This document shows, piece after piece, positions 17,728 to 26,965 of a DNA stretch of 36,453 nucleotides. This stretch comes from Archangium sp. (GTDB taxonomy: Bacteria > Myxococcota > Myxococcia > Myxococcales > Myxococcaceae): NCBI GenBank assembly GCA_031367385.1, contig JANLPS010000560.1, positions 1 to 36,453 on the forward strand. Direction: 5' to 3'. How positions within the stretch are numbered: the stretch's first letter is position 1; each line of letters starts with the position of its first letter. The position numbers and the translations under genes were made by a program. The notes below the pieces were generated by a model. It was given only the letters and a program-made list of their open reading frames with translations, was not told the origin of the DNA and did not search any database.

Positions 17728-20700
17728 CTAGATTCGGCCAGTCAGCATCACGGCGCCGAAGAGCCAGAAGCGCTGAATCGTCGGGGGCCCGCCGAAATAG
17801 TACGAGACGGGCACTTCAAGGCCGACGGCGAAGTTTCGAACGATTCTCAATTCGACGCCCAGCGCCGCACCGACCCCGACTGCGGGCGCCCCGTCTGAGA
17901 AGATCACTGGCACCTCGAGCGACACCAACGGTCGCAACCGACCGCTCCCATTGAATGGCACCAAGGTCGCTCGGGCCATCACGCCGAGAGGCTTGGCGAC
18001 GAGCAGGCCGAGGCCGGCAGAAAAGGACTCGGTGAAGCTCCAGTCGGCGTGAACGACCAGGGCGCCGAGCGGCAGATTGAGTGGCGCCATTTGGCCGCGA
18101 AGGGTCACTCCGAGCCGAGTGCCGTTGAGGTCTGAGCTGCGACTGGTCGCGAGGTCGCCTGCGGGCTCTGATGCGCGGGCCGAGGCCTCGGGCATTGACG
18201 GAAACAAGGCCTCGACCGTTGGAGGAATCGCGTCGAGAAAGGCCTCTTCGCTGATGTTTCTGACCCGTTCGGTGTGCCTGACGACATCGCTGCCTGCCAG
18301 CTCGACCACGGTGGTGCTGAGCACCGCGGAGTTGCCCAAGCGGGCGACCGACCCGAAGGCGATTTTGTCGACCCCCAACGCGTTGCCGATCTCAATCATG
18401 CACTGCAGGTTGCCTTCGCTGCAGGTGCTGGCGCCGAGCAGCTGCCGTTGCCTCTCGAACCCCAGCCGCGCCGAGACGTCTCTCGACGAGGTGATCTCGA
18501 GCTCTTTGTGAGCGGCCAGTGCCGAGGCAATCGCGTCGGTGATGACCTCGGCGAGCTCCTTCTGAACACCCGGCCCAGCCTCAAGCGGGAGCACCGCAAC
18601 TTTGATGCGGCCCTTCACCTGCTTCGTCTGCGCTGGTGGCACCGCGGGCGGCGCGACTGCGGGGCTGGTGGCGGGAGCGGCAGTGGCTTGCGGCTTCTCT
18701 TCAGGCGTGGGCGCCGCGGCTTTCGGCGCCTCGACCGGCTTGGCATTCGTCGTCTTGGCCTTCGCCTTGGCCGACCCCGCCTCTGCCATCACCGGCCCGA
18801 GCACCAGAACCAGCGCGGTGAGAAGGCCAACCGAGCTTCGACGCCGCGCCGCGATGATCAAGATCACCGCTCCAAACAAGGCCAGGCTCGAGCCCGAAGC
18901 GTCTCCACTGCCGCACACGCAACCGTACAAGCCCGGGCCAGGCGCCACCCCGCCATCGGCCCCAGGGCCGGCGTCGTTCGACCCACCCGGCCCAGTGCCA
19001 GCGTCGCTCCTCGAGCCCGCGTCAGCCACCTCGGGCCCCGAATCACGCAGGCCTGAGTCGGGCGTGCTTGCGTCGGGCGTCCCTGCGTCAGTGGTGCCTG
19101 CGTCGGTGGTGCCGGCATCGAGCTCGCTCGACCCCGCATCGCCCGAACCAGCATCGATGAAAGCGCCGCCCGCATCGGTCACCGCTCCGGCGTCAGAGGC
19201 GCCAGCATCGGGCGCGGAGGTGCCAGCGTCGAACACCACGCCGATGAACAAGGGCTGGGCGGGCCCAGTAACTCCATTGACGGTGGCGCGCAGCCAGTAC
19301 CAGCCCGCGGGAGCCTGCGTGGGGACGCGCGCCAGCGTGGAAGTGCTGGTCCACGACGAGATGCGGGCGAAGAAGCGCTGCTCATTGCCTTGTCGTTCGA
19401 GGCTGATCAGCGGGAGGTTCGAAGGGGCTGACCCCCGAATGCCACCCATGCCGAGGTTGAGGCCCGCGAACCGCGAGCCGGTCAACGCCAGCACAGCGCC
19501 CGGCAGCGTCGGGCCAGCGCTCGTGACTGGGTCGAGCGACGGCACCGACCCCGCAACCGCGCCGCGCCCTTCATCGACGAGCTCGACGTTCGTCTCGTTG
19601 TTGCCAATCGGCGTCGAGCCGCCGGCCACGATGACTTGCCCAGAGGGGAGCAACGTCGCCGTGGCGTTCTCGTGCCCCTTGACCGATTGCCCGATGGTGA
19701 GCCAACTCTCGGTTTCAGGGTCGAACACGTCGAGCTCTCTGACCGCGCCCGTTGAGCTCAAGGCGCCTCCGGCCACGAGCACGTGGTTGTTGGTCATCAC
19801 CACCGCCGCGTGGCGGGAGCGCGCGTGCGGCAAGTTCGGGAGCGTTCGCCAACCCACTGTGGGCCCATCGAAAACGGCGACGCTGTTGGTCTCGCTCACC
19901 GAGGGTGAGGTCACGGTGCCACCCACCACGAGCACGCCGCCCGAGGGGAGCAGCGTCGCGGTCGCGTCATACACGGCAACCGGCAGCGCCTTCGGAATCG
20001 AGGCCCAGGTATTGGTCTGCGGATCATACTGCTCGGTGCTGTTGAGCGCGGTGGCGCCCAGTCGGCCGGAGGCCACCAGCACGCGACCGTTCGCCATGAG
20101 CGCGGCCACGTGATTCGAGCGCGCGGCGCCCTGAAAGGTACCGCCTGAACCCCAGGCCCAGCCGCCATCGACCCACTCGTACCGCTCGGCCGACTTGAGC
20201 GCACCGCCGTCTACGCCCAGACCGCCAGCGACGACCACCGTGCCACCAGGGAGCGCCGTGGCCGTGTGATAGGCGCGGGCGGTGGTGAGTGAGGGTCCGG
20301 CGCTCCAGGTGTTCGTCGCCGGGTCGAACAGCTCGGTGGTCGACGAAATACCAGCGCTCGTTTGACCCCCGACGACCAAAACGCGGCCATCATCGAGCAA
20401 GGTACCCGTGTGCCCGATGCGGCCGATCGCCAGAGACGCGACCGCCACCGCGTTGCCATTGCTGTAGCGCTGCGAGGCCGGCGCCGGAGTACCGCCCGAC
20501 GTGGCGCCACCCGCAAACAACACCGCGCCCGATGGGAGCAACGTGGCGCTCTGCCCAGCGACGCCTAACGGCAACGTGCCGCCGTCGGTGCTGAAAGGCA
20601 CCGCGGGGTCGATGAGGCCGACCGTCTTCAGGCCATTTCGGTCGATGTTGTTGTAGATGCCTCCGACGATCAGCACTCGGCCATTGGGCATCAAGACCGC

Positions 20701-22152
20701 GCTCGATGACGCCATCCAGTCGGAGAAGCCCGTGTTCGTATCGACCTTGTCTTTCACCGTTGCCGTGGGCGAGGCCGCGATTTCGCAATCGGGGCCTTGC
20801 GTGTAAGGGCCGGTCGCTCCGTCGCAGAACAAGAAAGACCCATTTGGCAGCATGCCTCCCGTACCGTTGACGCCATCGAGCGTCAGGGGGTAGCTCATGG
20901 GCTGCGTCCAACTCGACGCGGTGAGATTCGAGAGTGCGGTACCAGCGGCCGCGCCGGCCCCTGAGTGAATCACAATGGTGCCGTCGGCAAAACGCCCGCC
21001 AACGCCGCTGTATGACTTAAACACGTTGCCCGTCGCGGGCACGCGGGCGGCGGGGCTCCAGGTTTGATTGATGGGGTCGTACGTCTCGGCGGCGCTCACG
21101 AACGTGCCGCCGTTGAGGCCGACCGCGACCACAACTTGAAACGGGCCATCGAGGGGGCCCAGGGGCTGCACAATGCCAGCGGTGTGGGGGTTGGCCGGTT
21201 GGTTGGGCAGCGGCGACCAGGTATTGCTCGCTGGGTTGTAGATCTCTGCCGAGCCGCCCGTCACCAGTACGGTACCGTCGGGCAAGAGGCTGAGCACATG
21301 GTCGGTGTGTTGGGCCTGACTTGCGAGCGAGATGCGGTCAAAAGAATCGGTCGCCGGGTCGAAGAGCTCAGAATACGTGACGCCGCCACTGCCACCACAG
21401 ATCAACACCAACCCATTGGGGAGCGTGATGGCGCTGACGTTTTCGCGTGCGAAACGCATCGCGTTCGTCGCCGCTGACCACTTCGCGGTCAGCGGGTCAT
21501 AGATTTCGGCGGTGTCGAGCGTGCTCTCCACAACCTGAGTGCCGACGACGGCCTGTTCGGTGCCTCCGGCAGCGAGCACTCGGCCGTCGGGTAGCAAGAC
21601 AGCCGCCAGGCGCCTTCGCGAGATGAGCAGGGGCGTCGCGTGCTTCCATTCGGGGTCGACCAACGCGCGCTGCCCCGCGGCGGCATCGACGTGCACCGCG
21701 AGCACTTGCCCCTCGGCGGTCAGATAGACCGGCACCGGCCGCTCGGGGCTCAGATAGGCCAGCGGCGCTGTCACCTCGAGGCACGAGGCGCCCCATTCAT
21801 CACAGACCATGAACCGGCCGTTCTCTTCTCGAAGCACTCCACGCTCGATGACCCACCGGGCCGCGACCCCGTCGAGAGGCACCTCTGCGAGCAGCCATTC
21901 TTCTTGGCCCTGGGCCGTCGCGGCCCAGAACGCGCTCGCCGTCGGGGCATCTTCTCGAACGCGAATCGAGAGCGAACCGTCGCGCAGAGAGAACCGGCCA
22001 TCGCTCTGCACTGCAAGGTCGATCGGGCCTTGCGTTGAGCTCGCCAAGATCTGCTCGGCGAGCCGTGGAAACGACTCATGGAGCGCTTGGACCGGTGTTT
22101 GCCGCGTACACGACGCCGCGAGCGCGAAGCTCAAGATCAATCTTTTGTGCAC
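17728..22152 (-). CDS. Large kelch-repeat lipoprotein with internal MYXO-CTERM, second signal peptide, CsgG/TolB-N-like domain and C-terminal beta-barrel-like domain
   Basis: GGGGAG RBS; lipobox LAASC; many ATLLxxGxVLVxGG / ExYDP..W kelch units; DAG-repeat stalk; GCVCG-hydrophobic-RRR; KVAVLPLEAG..CMIEIGNALGVDKI domain; amphipathic beta-strands at the end. Confidence 0.88.
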   Translation of the reverse strand: MHKRLILSFALAASCTRQTPVQALHESFPRLAEQILASSTQGPIDLAVQSDGRFSLRDGSLSIRVREDAPTASAFWAATAQGQEEWLLAEVPLDGVAARWVIERGVLREENGRFMVCDEWGASCLEVTAPLAYLSPERPVPVYLTAEGQVLAVHVDAAAGQRALVDPEWKHATPLLISRRRLAAVLLPDGRVLAAGGTEQAVVGTQVVESTLDTAEIYDPLTAKWSAATNAMRFARENVSAITLPNGLVLICGGSGGVTYSELFDPATDSFDRISLASQAQHTDHVLSLLPDGTVLVTGGSAEIYNPASNTWSPLPNQPANPHTAGIVQPLGPLDGPFQVVVAVGLNGGTFVSAAETYDPINQTWSPAARVPATGNVFKSYSGVGGRFADGTIVIHSGAGAAAGTALSNLTASSWTQPMSYPLTLDGVNGTGGMLPNGSFLFCDGATGPYTQGPDCEIAASPTATVKDKVDTNTGFSDWMASSSAVLMPNGRVLIVGGIYNNIDRNGLKTVGLIDPAVPFSTDGGTLPLGVAGQSATLLPSGAVLFAGGATSGGTPAPASQRYSNGNAVAVASLAIGRIGHTGTLLDDGRVLVVGGQTSAGISSTTELFDPATNTWSAGPSLTTARAYHTATALPGGTVVVAGGLGVDGGALKSAERYEWVDGGWAWGSGGTFQGAARSNHVAALMANGRVLVASGRLGATALNSTEQYDPQTNTWASIPKALPVAVYDATATLLPSGGVLVVGGTVTSPSVSETNSVAVFDGPTVGWRTLPNLPHARSRHAAVVMTNNHVLVAGGALSSTGAVRELDVFDPETESWLTIGQSVKGHENATATLLPSGQVIVAGGSTPIGNNETNVELVDEGRGAVAGSVPSLDPVTSAGPTLPGAVLALTGSRFAGLNLGMGGIRGSAPSNLPLISLERQGNEQRFFARISSWTSTSTLARVPTQAPAGWYWLRATVNGVTGPAQPLFIGVVFDAGTSAPDAGASDAGAVTDAGGAFIDAGSGDAGSSELDAGTTDAGTTDAGTPDASTPDSGLRDSGPEVADAGSRSDAGTGPGGSNDAGPGADGGVAPGPGLYGCVCGSGDASGSSLALFGAVILIIAARRRSSVGLLTALVLVLGPVMAEAGSAKAKAKTTNAKPVEAPKAAAPTPEEKPQATAAPATSPAVAPPAVPPAQTKQVKGRIKVAVLPLEAGPGVQKELAEVITDAIASALAAHKELEITSSRDVSARLGFERQRQLLGASTCSEGNLQCMIEIGNALGVDKIAFGSVARLGNSAVLSTTVVELAGSDVVRHTERVRNISEEAFLDAIPPTVEALFPSMPEASARASEPAGDLATSRSSDLNGTRLGVTLRGQMAPLNLPLGALVVHADWSFTESFSAGLGLLVAKPLGVMARATLVPFNGSGRLRPLVSLEVPVIFSDGAPAVGVGAALGVELRIVRNFAVGLEVPVSYYFGGPPTIQRFWLFGAVMLTGRI

Positions 22153-22286
22153 GAGGGCTCCCCAGACGATGGGGGAGAAGTATGCCTCTCGGCTTGCAAC
22201 TCCTGAGTTCTTTTCACTCGAAGCCGCGCGTGGTCAGACGCAAGCGCACACGCTCCGACATGCGCTCGTTCAAGCCCGAGGTTGAA

Positions 22287-23972
22287 TCAGAGCGACATCA
22301 TCAGGCGAATGCGCCCGAAGCCGATCGGGGCCATCACCCCACCCTGCGGCAGCCGGTACGCGTTGCCCGGCAAGAACATGCCGCCCTCACCGGTGACCGA
22401 GAGCGTGAGCTCTTCGACCGGGTGAAAGCGAGCTTGCGCGCCCAGGTCGATCTCAGTGCCGAGATAGCCGCCTGCCCTGACGCCGAACGGGTTCACCGAC
22501 GTGCCACCGGTGATGCGCGTATTGAACGGGTCGGTCAGGGCCGCGGTGCTGAACGCGAACAACGGGCCGCCGTAAATATCGAAGCGCTCACTGATCGCAT
22601 GCTTGACGCGGGGAAACAGGTACCACGCGCCGGTGATGCTGCTCGCCGTGCCGAGCAAGTCGACCCCCTCGGCCGCGCGCCCCGTCAGCAACGGGTCTCC
22701 GGCCCGAGTTGCTGATCGCGCCGTGTGGTACGCCATGACCTGATCGAACAAGATCATGCCGACCTTGAAATCGCGATCGAACCGAAAGTTCTGAACCTGA
22801 TCATCGCTGGGGTTCTGATCTCCCGACGCGTAGCCCCAATCGAAGAGCAACGTCGTGTGTCGAATCTTGTAGCTGGCCTTGGCAGCTGCCCCGAGCTGGT
22901 GCGTGCCGAGCAGCTCGGCGTTCTCATTGCGCGCCTGCGTAGTAGTGCCGTTGATCGTCGCGATCTCGAAGCCGACGTTGAGCACGCGGTTGTGCCGGCG
23001 CATCAGCTCCCACTTGCCGGCGACGTCGATCACGACCACGTCGGTGGCCTTGCCGCCATCGGTGACGTTGATGTTTCGTTGGTTGCGGTACACCGCGTAG
23101 ATACCGACGTTGTTGGCGTCGTCTTTCACATACCGAAGCGCGATCACGCCCTGAAACGCGCGGTCGCCCTTGATGAACTCGTCGTTGTTGTCGCGAACGA
23201 TCAGGTCAGCCGCGAAGGCCGTCTCGATCGCCCGCCACTGCCCACCGAACGAGAAGAACGGGCGCACGGCGACGATGCCGCGGTAGGTCAGGTTGCCGAA
23301 CTGCTGTTGACCGAAGTCACCGGCCTCGGGGTCTTTGCCACCGTCATTCGCGAGCAGGCCCAGGCCCCAGTTCGAGGTCTGCTGGCCGACCCGAAACGCA
23401 CCGGTCGCCCACTTGTATTCGAGGTACAGCTTGCGCAGCTCGAGCGCGATGATGCTCGGGTACGGCACGCGGGTGCCGACGAGCGAATCAGGAGGAATAC
23501 CGACGATCGCTCCGCTCGCGGTATCGGCCTCGGCGATCAAGCCGAAGTTGCCCAGATGCAGCTCGGGCGCGACGCGAACCCGGGTCAGCAGCGGCGCAAT
23601 GGTCACCGGCGTCTGATCAATGTCGAGGGGAAACGGGGTCGCCCCCTGGTACGACGCGCGCACCGACGCTTTGAGCGCCGCGGTGAGGTTGAAGCCAGGC
23701 TCAGCCGGCTTGGCCGCGGGGGCCTGGGGCTCTGACGAGGTCAACGCCGAGCCGGGGGCCGAGACTCCGGCGTCGAGGCGCAGCTGCTGCTCGGCGGTGA
23801 GCCCCTCCGGGTCGCGCATCAATGAGGGCGAGTCATCGCCCGGGTTGACGACCTTCGGAGCGACCGGCAACGCGCCGCTTTCTCCTGCATCAACGGCCTG
23901 CGCGAACACCTGGGCCGCGGTGAACAGCGCGGCAACGGCCAACAGTCGGGCGGTGGGCATCGAGTTCGACAT
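22287..23972 (-). CDS. Outer-membrane beta-barrel protein (alginate-export-like)
   Basis: Signal peptide ending VFA-Q; RVGQQTSNWGLGLLANDG, GYASGD and YLGTEIDLG motifs; alternating beta-strands. Confidence 0.78.
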   Translation of the reverse strand: MSNSMPTARLLAVAALFTAAQVFAQAVDAGESGALPVAPKVVNPGDDSPSLMRDPEGLTAEQQLRLDAGVSAPGSALTSSEPQAPAAKPAEPGFNLTAALKASVRASYQGATPFPLDIDQTPVTIAPLLTRVRVAPELHLGNFGLIAEADTASGAIVGIPPDSLVGTRVPYPSIIALELRKLYLEYKWATGAFRVGQQTSNWGLGLLANDGGKDPEAGDFGQQQFGNLTYRGIVAVRPFFSFGGQWRAIETAFAADLIVRDNNDEFIKGDRAFQGVIALRYVKDDANNVGIYAVYRNQRNINVTDGGKATDVVVIDVAGKWELMRRHNRVLNVGFEIATINGTTTQARNENAELLGTHQLGAAAKASYKIRHTTLLFDWGYASGDQNPSDDQVQNFRFDRDFKVGMILFDQVMAYHTARSATRAGDPLLTGRAAEGVDLLGTASSITGAWYLFPRVKHAISERFDIYGGPLFAFSTAALTDPFNTRITGGTSVNPFGVRAGGYLGTEIDLGAQARFHPVEELTLSVTGEGGMFLPGNAYRLPQGGVMAPIGFGRIRLMMSL

Positions 23973-24074
23973 TGCGGCGGTGACTCCACGAACGAACAGG
24001 AAAAGGTGCGCGGGAGTAGCACACCGCCTCAACAAAACCCGTTGAATTCAAACGCCTTTTGCTTTTGCCTGGGC

Positions 24075-24103
24075 TTGACAGGGCGAGCGGTGCCTTGTAC
24101 GAG
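24075..24103 (+). promoter_or_regulatory. Putative sigma70 promoter of the rpsF operon
   Basis: Perfect TTGACA, 17-nt spacer, TACGAG. Confidence 0.5.
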
Positions 24104-24195
24104 CCCCCCTGCTTTGAAGCCGTCTGCGTGGTGCAGAGGGCAAGCGCGATGGTTGTGGGCGCGCAGTTACCCATACCCGGTCTTGAAAAACACCG

Positions 24196-24243
24196 TTTCC
24201 CCGCTCGCCGGCATTTTGCTGACGGGCAGACCCCGTGGGGAGA
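24196..24243 (+). ncRNA. S6:S18 (rpsF) leader, cis-regulatory RNA
   Basis: tttcccc pairs with the SD ggggaga; inner hairpin gctcgccggca-ttt-tgctgacgggc; 3' bulge agaccccgt containing the conserved CCG. Confidence 0.75.
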
Positions 24244-24249
24244 GAACAC

Positions 24250-24708
24250 ATGGCAGAAGCAAAGAAGAGCGCAGCGATGCGCGAGTACGAGACTGTCTTT
24301 CTCGTGAAGCCCGACCTGACCGATGACGCGGTCGAGAAGATCAAAGAGCGCGTCAAAGGCATCGTGAATCGCGACGGCGGCAAGTTCATTCGGTTCACGA
24401 CCTGGGGCAAGAAGAAGACGATGTACCCGGTCGCGAAGCAGCCCCGAGCCATTTACATTCACGCGAGCTTCTTGGGCGCGGCTGGCCTGGTCGCCGAGCT
24501 CGAGCGCAACATGCGCAACCTCGACGAAGTCACGCGCTACATGTCGAAGCGTTTGGCTGATGACATCGACCCTGAGACGCGCCCTGAGCTCGAAGACTTG
24601 AAGCTCGCGGGAGACGTCGACGACAACAAGCCCTTTGGCGGCGCTGAACGCGATGATGGCGGCGGCGACTTCGAAGGTGGCTTTGACAACGACATGGACA
24701 ACGGCTGA
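24250..24708 (+). CDS. rpsF: 30S ribosomal protein S6
   Basis: MREYETVFLVKPDL, WGKKKTMYPV, ELERNMR; acidic tail. Confidence 0.97.
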   Translation: MAEAKKSAAMREYETVFLVKPDLTDDAVEKIKERVKGIVNRDGGKFIRFTTWGKKKTMYPVAKQPRAIYIHASFLGAAGLVAELERNMRNLDEVTRYMSKRLADDIDPETRPELEDLKLAGDVDDNKPFGGAERDDGGGDFEGGFDNDMDNG

Positions 24709-24723
24709 GCGAAAGACACGACC

Positions 24724-25017
24724 ATGCGAGATAATTTCGAGAAGCGAGAGAAGAAGGACGACAAGGGCGGCGAAGGCGACGAGAAGCGCGGAGGACGTGG
24801 CTTTTCACGTCGTCGCGTGTGCCGGTTCTGCGCCGACAAGAACGCCAAGGTCGACTTCAAAGATCAGTCGACGCTCAAGTACTTCGTGACTGAGCGCGGC
24901 AAGATCATCCCCCGGCGCATTTCGGGCAACTGCTCGAAGCACCAGCGGGCCGTTGCCAAGGCCGTGAAGATGTCACGTGGCTTGGCGCTCATCCCCTACA
25001 TCGTTTTGGCTGGGTGA
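24724..25017 (+). CDS. rpsR: 30S ribosomal protein S18 (zinc-binding C+ form)
   Basis: [28 protein letters not shown]. Confidence 0.97.
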   Translation: MRDNFEKREKKDDKGGEGDEKRGGRGFSRRRVCRFCADKNAKVDFKDQSTLKYFVTERGKIIPRRISGNCSKHQRAVAKAVKMSRGLALIPYIVLAG

Positions 25018-25025
25018 TTCGAGTC

Positions 25026-25478
25026 ATGAAAATCATTCTGCGAGAAGACGTGTACAACCTGGGCAAGTCGGGCGAGCTGGTCACCGTGAAAGACGGGTAC
25101 GCGCGCAACTTTCTGTTGCCCCGCAACCTGGGCTTGTTGGCCTCGGCCGCGAACGTGGCTCAGCTCGAGCACGAGAAGCAGGTCATCGAGCTGCGTCAGC
25201 AAAAGATGAAGGGCGTCGCGATGGAAGAGTCGAAGAAGCTTTCGGCTGTGAAAATCGAGATCACCCGCAAGGTCGGCGAGCAAGACAAGCTCTTCGGCTC
25301 TGTCACCGCGTTGGACATTGCCGAGGCCCTGGCCGCGGCGGGTCACAAGGTCGATCGACGGGTCATTCACATGCCCAACCCGATTCGCACCGTCGGGCCT
25401 CACGAGGTCGAGCTGCGCCTGCACCGAGATGTGCAGACGAAGATCACCGTGAACGTCAAAGGCGAAGCGCAAGCGTAA
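25026..25478 (+). CDS. rplI: 50S ribosomal protein L9
   Basis: MKIILREDVYNLGKSGELVTVKDGYARNFLLP; KLFGSVT. Confidence 0.97.
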   Translation: MKIILREDVYNLGKSGELVTVKDGYARNFLLPRNLGLLASAANVAQLEHEKQVIELRQQKMKGVAMEESKKLSAVKIEITRKVGEQDKLFGSVTALDIAEALAAAGHKVDRRVIHMPNPIRTVGPHEVELRLHRDVQTKITVNVKGEAQA

Positions 25479-25504
25479 GCTCGTTGTTTTGCTCTACAGT
25501 TTCG

Positions 25505-25542
25505 ACCGCGCCGAGGCTCTTGCTCCGGCGCGGTTTTTTTTT
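25505..25542 (+). terminator. Intrinsic terminator after rplI
   Basis: accgcgccg...cggcgcggt stem followed by a T9 run. Confidence 0.85.
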
Positions 25543-25569
25543 GACGCACGGTGTATGAGCGGTCGGTAA

Positions 25570-26925
25570 ATGAGCTCAGGTCTCCAGCCGCGGGTGCACG
25601 AAGACTTGGCGGCAGAGCGTGCCGTCTTGGGCGCGATCATCATGGACAATGGGGTGCTCTCCGACGTGGCGGAGATCATCATCGGTGAAGACTTCGCCAA
25701 CCAGTCGCACGGGCAGATCTTCGCCGCGATGCTGGCGCTCGATGGGCGGCAAGAGAAGGTCGACCCGCTCACCATCTCTGAAGAGCTGAAGACCAAGGGG
25801 CAGCTGGCCAGCGTCGGTGGCCCGACCTACCTGTCGACGCTCGACCAGATGGTGCCGTTCAGCAACAACGCGGTCGACTACGCCAAGATCATCAAGAACC
25901 AGGCGACCCGGCGGCTGTTGGCGACGGCCGGGCGGCAGATTCTCGAGCTGGCCTCGCAAGAGACGGGCGAAGTGCTCGAGCTGCTCGACGAGGCCGAGCG
26001 CAAGGTCTTTCAGATCGCCGAGAAACGCCGCACCGGTGACCTCATCATCATGTCTGAGCTGATGGAGCCCGCGCTCACGCTGCTCGATCAGATGAAGAAG
26101 AACGCCAGCGGCATCACTGGCATCAGCACCGGCTTCGTCGATCTCGACAACCAGCTGACCGGCCTGCACGGCGGAGAGCTCATCGTCTTGGCCGCCCGCC
26201 CCGGCATCGGCAAGACCTCGCTGGCGATGAACATCGCGCTGCACGTGGCGCAAAAAGAGCAGAAGGCCGTGGCCGTGTTCTCGCTCGAAATGCCCTCGGT
26301 GCAGCTGGTGACGCGTTTGTTGGCGACCCACGCCCGGGTCGACATGAAGAAGCTGCGAGGTGGGCGTTTGTCGCCTGCCGATGAAGAGCGAATTCAGCAG
26401 TCTGCGGCCGAGCTGTTCACCCTGAAGTTCTTCGTCGATGACTCCGGCGGTTTGTCTTCATTCGATTTGCGCGCCAAGGCTCGCCGTTTGAAGCAAAAAG
26501 ACGATTCTTTGGGGTTGATCGTCATCGATTATCTTCAGCTGATGCACCAGAAGGGCAAGGTCGAGAGCCGGCAGCTCGAGGTGTCTGAGATTTCACGCGC
26601 CCTGAAGCAGCTCGCCAAAGAGCTCGACGTGCCGATCGTGGCCTTGAGCCAGCTCAACCGAAAGGTCGAAGAGCGCAAGGGCGGCAAGCCGATGCTCTCT
26701 GACCTGCGTGAGTCGGGCGCGATCGAGCAAGACGCCGACGTGGTGATGTTCATTCACCGCGAAGACGAGGGTGAAGAGGGCGAGGCGCCTCCGAGCGCGA
26801 GGGCGGCGATACCGGTCGAGCTGATCATCGCCAAGCAGCGAAACGGCCCGGTGGGCTCGGTCGACCTGGTCTTCTTGGGTGAGTACACTCGGTTCGAGAG
26901 CCGGGCCCGCGACTTCCAAGGGTAA
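25570..26925 (+). CDS. dnaB: Replicative DNA helicase
   Basis: AARPGIGKT, FSLEM, IDYLQLM, LSQLNR, LSDLRESGAIEQDAD, KQRNGP. Confidence 0.97.
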   Translation: MSSGLQPRVHEDLAAERAVLGAIIMDNGVLSDVAEIIIGEDFANQSHGQIFAAMLALDGRQEKVDPLTISEELKTKGQLASVGGPTYLSTLDQMVPFSNNAVDYAKIIKNQATRRLLATAGRQILELASQETGEVLELLDEAERKVFQIAEKRRTGDLIIMSELMEPALTLLDQMKKNASGITGISTGFVDLDNQLTGLHGGELIVLAARPGIGKTSLAMNIALHVAQKEQKAVAVFSLEMPSVQLVTRLLATHARVDMKKLRGGRLSPADEERIQQSAAELFTLKFFVDDSGGLSSFDLRAKARRLKQKDDSLGLIVIDYLQLMHQKGKVESRQLEVSEISRALKQLAKELDVPIVALSQLNRKVEERKGGKPMLSDLRESGAIEQDADVVMFIHREDEGEEGEAPPSARAAIPVELIIAKQRNGPVGSVDLVFLGEYTRFESRARDFQG

Positions 26926-26965
26926 ATTGGAGTGAAGGCCGCTCAAAATCACGTAGAGTCTTCCC

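Noticed and set aside
18945..19230. DAG/DSG repeats as a novel repeat element
   Set aside because: Low-complexity Asp-Ala-Gly linker also present in other lipoproteins here; treated as a stalk
18602..20113. 503-aa plus-strand ORF and similar shadows (2075..3076, 10117..11484, 22725..23735)
   Set aside because: Fully antisense to well-supported genes, with composition typical of shadow frames
25570..26925. Intein in DnaB
   Set aside because: 451 aa, normal length, with contiguous motifs
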